In this document: positions 8,906-16,861 of the stretch, in pieces
Numbering within the stretch: position 1 is the first letter of the stretch
Layout of the letters: every line of letters starts with the position of its first letter
Assembly (NCBI GenBank): GCA_033720355.1
Contig: JAWWCR010000004.1
Span: 1-53,891, forward strand
Source of the DNA: Gemmatimonadota bacterium
GTDB lineage: Bacteria > Gemmatimonadota > Gemmatimonadetes > Palauibacterales > Palauibacteraceae
DNA: 53,891 nucleotides
Direction of reading: 5' to 3'
The notes under the pieces: model-generated
Seen by the model: the letters and a program-made list of their open reading frames with translations, nothing else
What the model was told of the DNA's origin: nothing
Database searches by the model: none
Position numbers and translations under genes: made by a program

Positions 8906-10740
8906 CCGGCAGCCGCGTGAACGACTTCGCGTTCAAGATCGGGACGGTCAACGGGACGGGGTCGGCGAGCGCGAACGGGCTCATCATGCAGTCGATCTTC
9001 CGTATGGGGATCCCGGTGAGCGGAAAGAACGTGTTTCCGTCGAACATCCAGGGGCTTCCGACGTGGTACGAGATCCGCGTGAGCGGATCGGGGCACGTCG
9101 CCCGCACGCCGCGCTTCGACCTGGTCGTCGCCATGAACCCCGCGACGTACAGGCGCGACATCGACGAGCTCGCGTCGGGTGGCTGGGTTCTCTACGACTC
9201 GAGCTGGCCCATGGCGGACACGCTCAAGCGCGAGGACGTCGAGTTCCTCGGGGTTCCGCTCGCCCGGATGTGTGTCGAGCACTTCGAGAAACCGCGCGAG
9301 CGGATCCTCATGAAGAACATCGCGTACACCGGGGCGCTGGCGGCGTTGCTCGAGATGGACCTCGACGTCATCCGGACCCTGCTCGAGGAGACGTTCGGCA
9401 CGCGCAAGAAGCACCTCCTCGACTCGAACTTCCAGGCCATCCGGCTCGGATACGACTACGCCACCGAGCATTTCGACTGCCCGCTCCCGATCCGGCTCTC
9501 GCCGATGAACGAGAACGAGGAGGCGATCCTCATCGACGGCAACACGGCGGCGGCGCTGGGGTGCGTGTACGCCGGGGCGACCGTCGCGGCGTGGTATCCG
9601 ATCACGCCGTCGACATCGCTCGTCGATGCGTTCACGGCGTTCTGCAACCGGTTTCGGGTCGACCCCGAGACCGGAAGGCACCGCAGCGCGATCATCCAGG
9701 CCGAGGACGAGCTCGCCGCGGCCGGTATCACGATCGGCGCGGGGTGGGCGGGCGCGCGCGCGTTCACGTCGACGAGCGGACCGGGGATCTCGCTCATGGG
9801 CGAGTTCATCGGGCTCGCCTACTACGCCGAGGTGCCGTCCGTCTTCTTCGACATCGAGCGCGTCGGGCCATCGACGGGGATGCCGACGCGGACCCAGCAG
9901 GGCGACATCATGTTGTGCGCCTATGCGTCGCACGGCGACACGAAGCACATCGTCCTGTTCCCGAAGGACCCCGCCGAGTGCTTCGATTTCGCCGTGGCCG
10001 CCTTCGATCTGGCCGAACGGTTCCAGACCCCGGTGTTCGTCGTCTCCGATCTGGATATCGGGATGAACGACTGGGTCGTCCCGAAGCTGAAGTGGGACGA
10101 CTCGTACCGACCCGACCGCGGGAAGGTCCTGGATGCCGATGAGCTCGAGAAGATCGAGAAGTTCTACCGGTACCTCGACGTGGACGGCGATGGGATCCCC
10201 TACCGCACGATCCCCGGCGTCCACCCGAAGGGGGCGTACTTCACCCGCGGCTCCGGGCACACGAAGTGGGGTACGTACACCGAAGACTCCGACGCCTATC
10301 TCGAGGTGGTGGATCGGCTGCTCGCGAAGGTCGATGGCGCCGCGTCGTCGGTGCCCGCGCCGGTGATACGGTCGAGGCCCGACGCCACGATCGGACTCGT
10401 CACCCTCGGCGGGTGTGACGGCGCCGTGAGCGAGGCGCTCGAGACGCTCGAGGCGGACGGGGCGCGGTACGACTACATGAGAATCCGCGGGTTCCCCTTC
10501 TCGGAGGAGGTCGAGTCCTTTCTCGAGGCACACGATCTGAACATCGTGATCGAGCAGAACCGCGACGCACAGCTCATGGCGCTGCTCGTGCTCGAGACAC
10601 CGATCGCGAAAGACCGCCTGGTTTCGGTCCGCTATTACGGGGGATTGCCGATGAGCGCCCACCACGTGATCTCGGGAGTGCAGGAGCGCCTCGGTCTGGG
10701 GAGCCGGGCCGAAGGAGTGGGAGGGGGCCAGGGCTACTGA
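8902..10740 (+). CDS. korA: 2-oxoacid:acceptor oxidoreductase subunit alpha (gamma-alpha fusion)
   Basis: NGTGSAS, YPITPS, QAEDELAA, TSGPGISLM, RVGPSTGMPT; ATGA overlap at 8902. Confidence 0.93.
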   Translation: MTGSRVNDFAFKIGTVNGTGSASANGLIMQSIFRMGIPVSGKNVFPSNIQGLPTWYEIRVSGSGHVARTPRFDLVVAMNPATYRRDIDELASGGWVLYDSSWPMADTLKREDVEFLGVPLARMCVEHFEKPRERILMKNIAYTGALAALLEMDLDVIRTLLEETFGTRKKHLLDSNFQAIRLGYDYATEHFDCPLPIRLSPMNENEEAILIDGNTAAALGCVYAGATVAAWYPITPSTSLVDAFTAFCNRFRVDPETGRHRSAIIQAEDELAAAGITIGAGWAGARAFTSTSGPGISLMGEFIGLAYYAEVPSVFFDIERVGPSTGMPTRTQQGDIMLCAYASHGDTKHIVLFPKDPAECFDFAVAAFDLAERFQTPVFVVSDLDIGMNDWVVPKLKWDDSYRPDRGKVLDADELEKIEKFYRYLDVDGDGIPYRTIPGVHPKGAYFTRGSGHTKWGTYTEDSDAYLEVVDRLLAKVDGAASSVPAPVIRSRPDATIGLVTLGGCDGAVSEALETLEADGARYDYMRIRGFPFSEEVESFLEAHDLNIVIEQNRDAQLMALLVLETPIAKDRLVSVRYYGGLPMSAHHVISGVQERLGLGSRAEGVGGGQGY

Positions 10741-11813
10741 TGACGCACATCGCAAAGCCGAGAGTGGTCCACCCGTCGCTCCAGAAGAACGGTCTGGGGC
10801 TCACCCGACGCGACTACGAAGGCACCATGTCGACGCTGTGCGCCGGGTGCGGTCACGACTCGGTAACCGCCGCCCTCATCGAAGCCGTGTGGCGGCTCGA
10901 TGTGCCGCCACACCGTGCGGCGAAGCTCAGCGGGATCGGGTGCTCGTCGAAGACGCCGGCCTACTTCATGTCGCAGTCGCACGGGTTCAACTCGGTCCAC
11001 GGACGGATGCCGTCGATCGCGGCGGGGGCGAACGCGGCGAACCGCGACCTGGTCTACATCGGGATCTCCGGCGACGGCGACTCGCTGTCGATCGGGATCG
11101 GACAGCTGTGTCACGCGATCCGCCGGAACCTCGACCTGCTGTACCTGATCGAGAACAACGGCGTATACGGCCTGACGAAGGGGCAGTTCTCCGCCTCGGC
11201 CGACATCGGGTCGACGACCAAGCGCGGCGTCCCGAACGAGCAACCGCCCATCGACCCGGCGCTGCTCGCCCTCACACTCGGCGCCACCTTCGTGGCGCGG
11301 AGCTTCTCGGGCGACAAGGAGCAGCTCGTCCCGATCATCGAGGCCGGCATCCGTCATCGCGGCTTCGCGCTCGTGGACGTGATCTCGCCGTGCGTGACCT
11401 TCAACGATCACGTGGGATCGACCAAGAGCTACGCGCACACGCGCGAGCACTTCCGCGAGGCGACCGAGGCGGCGTTCCTCGCTCCCGCCGACTACGTGCC
11501 CCCCGCCGGGGAGATCACGACCGAGATCACCCCGGGAGCGGTGCGCGACGTACGCATGCACGACGGCAGCGTCGTGCGTTTCCGCAAGGTCGAGGAGGAC
11601 TACGACCCGACGGACCGGGATGCGGCGTATCGCTACGTGCGCGAGCGGCAGGCCGACGGTGAGGTGGTCACCGGTCTCCTCTACATCGACCCCGACGGAC
11701 GCGACAACCACGCCGTCATGAATACCGTGGAAGAGCCGCTTTGGGATCTCCCCTTCGATCAGCTGTGTCCGGGAGCGGACGCGCTCGAGCGGCTGATGGC
11801 CCGGTACAGGTGA
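10740..11813 (+). CDS. korB: 2-oxoacid:ferredoxin oxidoreductase subunit beta
   Basis: CAGCG, SGIGCS, HGR, TPP motif GDGD...NN, YGLTKGQ, SPCVTFN. Confidence 0.93.
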   Translation: MTHIAKPRVVHPSLQKNGLGLTRRDYEGTMSTLCAGCGHDSVTAALIEAVWRLDVPPHRAAKLSGIGCSSKTPAYFMSQSHGFNSVHGRMPSIAAGANAANRDLVYIGISGDGDSLSIGIGQLCHAIRRNLDLLYLIENNGVYGLTKGQFSASADIGSTTKRGVPNEQPPIDPALLALTLGATFVARSFSGDKEQLVPIIEAGIRHRGFALVDVISPCVTFNDHVGSTKSYAHTREHFREATEAAFLAPADYVPPAGEITTEITPGAVRDVRMHDGSVVRFRKVEEDYDPTDRDAAYRYVRERQADGEVVTGLLYIDPDGRDNHAVMNTVEEPLWDLPFDQLCPGADALERLMARYR

Positions 11814-12193
11814 GCCTCGAGCAGGTCCAGCCGGTCCTTCCGACGAGGGACGTCGAGGCCGCGATCGGCTACTACGTCGGTCGGCTGGGGTTCGAACTCG
11901 CGTTCGCCGACTCCACCGAGCGCCCCTCCTACGCGGGCGTCCGGCGCGGCGGGGTCGAGCTTCACCTCCAGTGGCACGACGAGTCGGAGTGGGAGCGCGT
12001 CGAGCGTCCGCTTCTGCGGTTCGTGGCCCCCGACGTCGAGGCCCTGTTCGAGGAGTACGCGGACCGGGACGTGTTCCACGACGAGACGGCGCTACAGGAC
12101 ACGCCGTGGGGCACGCGCGAGTTCGCCTTCTACGATCTCGACAGCAACGGCCTCGTGTTCTACCGGGACCTCACGCTCGAGGAGCGTTCGTGA
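11810..12193 (+). CDS. VOC/glyoxalase/bleomycin-resistance family protein
   Basis: PVLPTRDVEAAIGYY..LGF, PWGTREF..D.DSNGL.F; GTGA overlap at 11810. Confidence 0.88.
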   Translation: MSLEQVQPVLPTRDVEAAIGYYVGRLGFELAFADSTERPSYAGVRRGGVELHLQWHDESEWERVERPLLRFVAPDVEALFEEYADRDVFHDETALQDTPWGTREFAFYDLDSNGLVFYRDLTLEERS

Positions 12194-12369
12194 CCCCCGA
12201 CCTCGACGTCGTGCTGCGGAGTTTCGAGAAGCCGGACGAGGTCCGCGAGGTGGAGCTGTCGGCCGGGGATCTGTTCCATATCCCTCCGGAACCGCACGAC
12301 TCATGGGTCGTCGGGGACGAGCCCTACGTGTCGCTGCACTTTCTCGGGGCCGATAACTACGGCGGATAG
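12190..12369 (+). pseudogene. Cupin-family protein apparently carrying an internal in-frame deletion (59 aa)
   Basis: Has only the N-terminal FEKPDEVRE segment and cupin motif 2 (AGDLFHIPPEPHDSWVVGDEP); motif 1 is absent. Confidence 0.55.
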
Positions 12370-12378
12370 GCGGCCGGC

Positions 12379-13524
12379 GTGCCTTACAGCCTCGGAATCT
12401 GGGCGCGGGGGTTCGCTCACGGCCTGACCAGACCCGGCCGCCTGCGTCGTACGGGCTTCACACTGACCGTCTTCGGTCTGTGGTCGGTCATCCGGATCGT
12501 CGTCGCGCTGGGGCGCGCGGTCGACCACGTCCTGTTCCCCGCCTTCAGGCGGCGGGCGATCGAGAGACCGGTGTTCGTCGTGGGGTCGCCCCGATCGGGG
12601 ACGACGTTTCTCCACGGCCTGCTCGCGCTGGACGAGGCGAGGTTCTCATCCCTGCGGCTCTACGAGACCCTGCTCCCCTCGATCGCGCTGTGTCGCCTGG
12701 TCGAGATCGGGGGCGCGGTGGACCGGCGGCTCGGGCGTCCCCTGGGCCGGGCGGCGGTAGCGATCCAGCGGCGTGTCTTCGGCGGCTGGCAGGGTATCCA
12801 CGAGACGGCGCTCGCTCGCCACGAAGAGCCCGAGGGTCTGTGGGCGCTGCGGATGATGACCCCCGCCGTGTACCTGCTGTTTCCGTTCTTCGACGAGCTG
12901 CCCGAGCTCTCCTCGCTCGAGGCCGTCCGGGGCGACCGCGCCCGCCGGGCCGCGATTCGCTTCTACGTTGGATCGCTACGACGGCACCTGTACCTCGCCG
13001 ACCGACGGACCCCGGGACGGACCCTGCTCGTAAAGACTGTCCTGTTCCCCAGCCGTCTGCGCGCGGTGTGTTCGGCCCTCCCCGACATCCGCTTCGTGCA
13101 GCTCGTGCGGGACCCGCGGCGCACCATCCCCTCCGCCCTGAGCATGTTGACGGCCCCGTGGAAGGCGCATTCGCCGCGGATGGTCGGGGCCACACCCGAG
13201 ACGAGGATGTTCGCGAACGTGCTGCTCGACGGCATCGCGGCATACGCTGCGGCGCGCGATCGCACGCCGGCGGAGCGCTGGCTGACCCTGTCGTTCGAGG
13301 ATCTCGTGGCCGACCCCGGCGCGACCGTCGAGCGGGTGTACGACTTCCTCGGCCTCGTCTCCGACTCCGCTCTGAACGAGCGCCGCGAGCGTGCCGCGGA
13401 GGAGGCCCGGAGGACCACGCGGGCGCATTCCTACTCGCTCGCCGACTTCGGACTTTCGGCCGCCGACATCGAGGATGCGGCGTCGCGCGCCATGTTCGAG
13501 AGCGTCCACCGGGGTGCGTCGTAG
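12379..13524 (+). CDS. PAPS-dependent sulfotransferase (Sulfotransfer_3-like) with an N-terminal membrane segment
   Basis: 5'-PSB motif VVGSPRSGTTFL, 3'-PB motif VRDPRRTIPS, and FEDLVADP...V.RVYDFLG. Confidence 0.88.
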   Translation: MPYSLGIWARGFAHGLTRPGRLRRTGFTLTVFGLWSVIRIVVALGRAVDHVLFPAFRRRAIERPVFVVGSPRSGTTFLHGLLALDEARFSSLRLYETLLPSIALCRLVEIGGAVDRRLGRPLGRAAVAIQRRVFGGWQGIHETALARHEEPEGLWALRMMTPAVYLLFPFFDELPELSSLEAVRGDRARRAAIRFYVGSLRRHLYLADRRTPGRTLLVKTVLFPSRLRAVCSALPDIRFVQLVRDPRRTIPSALSMLTAPWKAHSPRMVGATPETRMFANVLLDGIAAYAAARDRTPAERWLTLSFEDLVADPGATVERVYDFLGLVSDSALNERRERAAEEARRTTRAHSYSLADFGLSAADIEDAASRAMFESVHRGAS

Positions 13525-13672
13525 CGTGGCCCGCGACGTGCAGCGACGAGAGGCGTCCTTGCGGCCGCGGCGGTCCGGTCTACGTGCCGGATCGCCCGGG
13601 AACGCCCGCCAGACGGGACGATCCGCGACCGGGCCGTGATTCGGGGTGGAAACGGGGCAGGGAGAGGGAGAG

Positions 13673-13876
13673 ATGAACGACCGCAGACCGGTGGGCATGA
13701 TCCTGCATGAAAAGGCGGATCGCATGTACGTCATCTGCAGCGATGGGACGACGTACTCGGCGAAAGTGGGGCACCCGGGCATCGTGATGGGGTGGCACGA
13801 GATCGATCCGATCCCCGGCACGCCGGCCTGGGAGGCGGCCTCGGGAGCCGGCCAGCCCCTCCCGAGCGTCAGCTGA
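13673..13876 (+). CDS. Small hypothetical protein (67 aa)
   Basis: ATG after GGAGAG; natural-looking composition; followed by a hairpin. Confidence 0.6.
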   Translation: MNDRRPVGMILHEKADRMYVICSDGTTYSAKVGHPGIVMGWHEIDPIPGTPAWEAASGAGQPLPSVS

Positions 13877-13882
13877 GGAAGA

Positions 13883-13914
13883 CGCGGGCGCCACGCGTCG
13901 GCGCGGCGCCCGCG
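13883..13914. terminator. GC-rich hairpin between convergent genes
   Basis: CGCGGGCGCC-N12-GGCGCCCGCG perfect 10-bp stem; no clear U-tract. Confidence 0.5.
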
Positions 13915-13930
13915 ACCACTCCTCTCTCTC

Positions 13931-14542
13931 TCAGTCGTCCCCGGAGCCGCGCTCCGACAGCCCGCGAGCCAGCATCGCGCCGATCACGGCGCCCAGGATC
14001 GGGCCCCACACGTACGCCAGCGACATCGAGCCGATCCCCAGCGCCACGGCCGGGTTGAGGACGCCGTTCGTCGCGTGCGCCGCGAACGAGACGCCGAGAG
14101 TGAGCGAGCCGCCGATCACGACGCCCGACATCTCCGCCGGTACGCGACCGATCACGACCGACGCTATGCCGAACAGGAAGATCACCGCGCCGAGCGCCTC
14201 GGACAGACCGACGTGCGCGGTGTTCGCGGCGACCACGTCGGCCGGGGCGGGGAAGAGCAGCGTCCCGATGCCGAGCGCGGCGGCCCCGCCGATCAGCTGG
14301 GCGACGATGTAGGAGCCCGCCCCGGCCAGATCGATCTTCCCGATCGATGCCAGCCCGATCGTGACCGCGGGGTTGATGTGGCACCCCGAGATCGGGCCGA
14401 TCGTGTAGACCATCAGCCCCAGGGTCAGGCCCGCGATCACCGGTGTCGGGACCGGAAACCCGGCGTTGTTGATCGAGATCAGGACGGCGAGGGCGAGGAC
14501 GAAGGTGCCGAACAGCTCGGCGGCCAGCGCTTTGGCTTTCAT
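13931..14542 (-). CDS. Aquaporin / MIP channel
   Basis: AELFGTF, SGCHINPAVT and a second NPA (LNPAVALG); multiple TM helices. Confidence 0.93.
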   Translation of the reverse strand: MKAKALAAELFGTFVLALAVLISINNAGFPVPTPVIAGLTLGLMVYTIGPISGCHINPAVTIGLASIGKIDLAGAGSYIVAQLIGGAAALGIGTLLFPAPADVVAANTAHVGLSEALGAVIFLFGIASVVIGRVPAEMSGVVIGGSLTLGVSFAAHATNGVLNPAVALGIGSMSLAYVWGPILGAVIGAMLARGLSERGSGDD

Positions 14543-14641
14543 GCGGACTCCTCGACTGGCGGTGAGGCGCGACCCGGGTCACGATAGACGCCGCCAAATC
14601 GACGCGTCAATGCGCGCGAAGCGCGTCCGAGGAGCACAGGC

Positions 14642-15655
14642 ATGCAGGAGATCCCCGACGACTGGCTGCGAATCCGGACGATAGACGCCCACGCGGAGGG
14701 CGAGCCGCTGCGGGTGATCATAGAGGGCTTCCCGCATCCCCCGGGTGGGACGGTGCTCGACCGAAGGCGATATGCACGCGAGCACCTCGACGACCTGCGC
14801 CGGGCGCTCATGCTCGAACCGCGCGGACACGCGGACATGTACGGCTGTCTCGTCATGCCTCCCGTTCGGCGGGACTCCGACATCTCGGTCCTGTTCATGC
14901 ACAACGAGGGGTGGTCGACGATGTGCGGGCACGGCGTGATCGCCGCGACCACGACCCTGATCCAGATGGGGATGGCGGACGCGGGAGAGGGATCGATGCT
15001 GACGATCGACACGCCGGCCGGGCGCGTCGAGGCACGGGCGTCGGTGGACGGCGACCGGGTGACGTCGGTCGCCTTTCGCAACGTGCCGTCGTTCGCCGTC
15101 GCGCTCGACGCGACCGTCGATGTGCCCGGGCTGGGGACGGTCCGCTACGACCTGGCGTTCGGGGGTGCGTTCTACGCGTACGCGGACGCCTCGGCGTTGG
15201 GGCTCGACCTCGTCCCCGAGGGCGCCGCCGACCTGATCGCGGCCGGTCGCGCGATCAAGAAGGCCGTGTCCGGCCGCGGGGGCATCGATCACCCGGAGGA
15301 CCCCGAGCTGGGGTTCCTCTACGGGACGATCTTCATCGGCCCGCCCGAGGATGGGGAACGGCACTCGCGGCACGTGTGCATCTTCGCCGACGGCGAAGTC
15401 GATCGGAGCCCCACGGGAACGGGTGTGAGCGGTCGTCTCGCGATCCTGCGCGAGCGCGGCGAGCTGGGCGATGAGCCCATCGAGATCGAGAGCATCGTCG
15501 GCGGCCGCTTCTCGGGTCGGATCGTCGATTCCGCGTCGGTGGGCCCCTATCGAGCGGTGATCCCCGAGATCGGCGGTCGCGCGTTCGTGACGGGCAGGCA
15601 CGAGTTCCTCATCGATCCGGAAGACCCCTGGAGGCGCGGCTTCCTGATACGGTGA
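14642..15655 (+). CDS. Proline racemase superfamily, probable trans-3-hydroxy-L-proline dehydratase
   Basis: IDAHAEGEP, EPRGH, MCGHG, DRSPTGTG (Cys/Thr catalytic pair rather than Cys/Cys). Confidence 0.88.
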   Translation: MQEIPDDWLRIRTIDAHAEGEPLRVIIEGFPHPPGGTVLDRRRYAREHLDDLRRALMLEPRGHADMYGCLVMPPVRRDSDISVLFMHNEGWSTMCGHGVIAATTTLIQMGMADAGEGSMLTIDTPAGRVEARASVDGDRVTSVAFRNVPSFAVALDATVDVPGLGTVRYDLAFGGAFYAYADASALGLDLVPEGAADLIAAGRAIKKAVSGRGGIDHPEDPELGFLYGTIFIGPPEDGERHSRHVCIFADGEVDRSPTGTGVSGRLAILRERGELGDEPIEIESIVGGRFSGRIVDSASVGPYRAVIPEIGGRAFVTGRHEFLIDPEDPWRRGFLIR

Positions 15656-15719
15656 GGACGCCGGCGGCCACAGGTGTGTGCCGCCGACCCCTCGTCAGCC
15701 GCGGATGTCGCGAGCCCGG

Positions 15720-16118
15720 TCAGTCGCCTCCATCCACCGGCGGCATCATGGTCATGATGGCCGCGCCGCCCGTCGAGTCGAGACACTCGCCCTCGTAGGA
15801 CCCGTCGTCCTGGTGCTGAAGGGCGCAGCTGATCGACTGGCCGATGTCGAAGGTGAACACGAGCGTCCCGCCGTCGACCATGGGCTCGGACGTCGGGACC
15901 GTCGACATCCCCGCCTCGGGCGGGGGGATCAGATCGATGACGAGGGCGTCGTCGACGTAGCTGACGTCGTACTGGAGGTCGAACACCTCGCCGTTGGGGT
16001 CGATGACGGTTCCGGTCCACATCCCGGCCTCGAGCTCGTCCTGCGCCGCGACCGGGCCGGCGAGAACGAAGGCGAGGACCGGCAGGGGCAGAACTCTGGC
16101 AAAACGTCGAATCGACAT
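15720..16118 (-). CDS. Secreted hypothetical beta-rich protein
   Basis: RBS AGGAGA; signal peptide ending VAA-Q; GxWxG motif; acidic mature part with one Cys pair. Confidence 0.75.
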   Translation of the reverse strand: MSIRRFARVLPLPVLAFVLAGPVAAQDELEAGMWTGTVIDPNGEVFDLQYDVSYVDDALVIDLIPPPEAGMSTVPTSEPMVDGGTLVFTFDIGQSISCALQHQDDGSYEGECLDSTGGAAIMTMMPPVDGGD

Positions 16119-16232
16119 ATCTTCTCCTGTTCGCGAACCGCGCGATCGTCCGTTCGAGGACGTCGCTCCACATGCGGATTCTACGTTGGCCGAAGCGATC
16201 GTGTTTCGTCCAGAGCGCTGTCAGGAGAATCG

Positions 16233-16811
16233 ATGCCACGGATCCGAACGATCGACCCGGATGACGCCGGGGGCCCGCTCGAACGCGAATACTCGGCGGC
16301 GATCGCGCGGGCGGGTCGCGTGTTCAACATCGTCAGCCTCCAGAGCCTTAACCCGCCGGTCCTGCGGGCCGGGATTCGGCTCTACCGGGCCCTGATGCTC
16401 GGGCCGGGGCCGCTCGGTCGCCGCGAGCGCGAGATGCTGGCCACGGTGACGGCGAGAGAGCTCGACTGCTTCTACTGAACCGAGGCGCACGGGGAGGATC
16501 TCCGTGCCGTCACCGGTGACCCCGAGCTGGCCCGAGCCGTGAAGCGCGATTACCGGAAGGCCGGGCTGGATGATGCGACCCACGCGTTGATGGCCTATGC
16601 CGTTCTGGTGACCAGGTCGCCCGGTGCGGTGACGGACGAGACGATCGACGGGTTGCGCGCGCACGGCTGGGACGACGCGGAGATCCTCACCGCAACCGAG
16701 ATCATCGGCTTCTTCAACTACTACGTGCGACTGGCCGAGGCCCTCGCGATCGAGCCGGAGGACTTCATGGTGCGGGATCCGGAGGTGTGGCCCGACGAGA
16801 CCGGTCAATAG
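16233..16811 (+). CDS. AhpD-like/carboxymuconolactone decarboxylase family peroxidase, probable selenoprotein (TGA 16476-16478 = Sec)
   Basis: ATG 16233 after AGGAGA. REMLATVTARELDCFY-TGA-TEAHG continues in frame without another stop to TAG 16811; the C-terminal half (LRAHGWDDAEI...FNYYVRLA) is typical of the family. Confidence 0.85.
16479..16512 (+). promoter_or_regulatory. Candidate bacterial SECIS element
   Basis: Directly 3' of the TGA: GCAC-GG-GGAG-GAT-CTCC-GTGC hairpin (16487-16507) with a G-initiated apical loop. Confidence 0.7.
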
Positions 16812-16861
16812 GCTGCGGATCTCGCCGGCCCCCTCGTCGTCGTCGCGCCGGTCCGACCGGC

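Noticed and set aside
6884-10755. Long antisense ORFs (648 and 653 aa) and similar overlapping ORFs across the window
   Set aside because: Expected in high-GC DNA opposite real genes; no motifs and atypical composition.
16476-16478. Pseudogene reading of the AhpD-like gene
   Set aside because: The stop is TGA exactly at the catalytic Cys position, a hairpin follows, and both halves are intact, so Sec recoding is more parsimonious.
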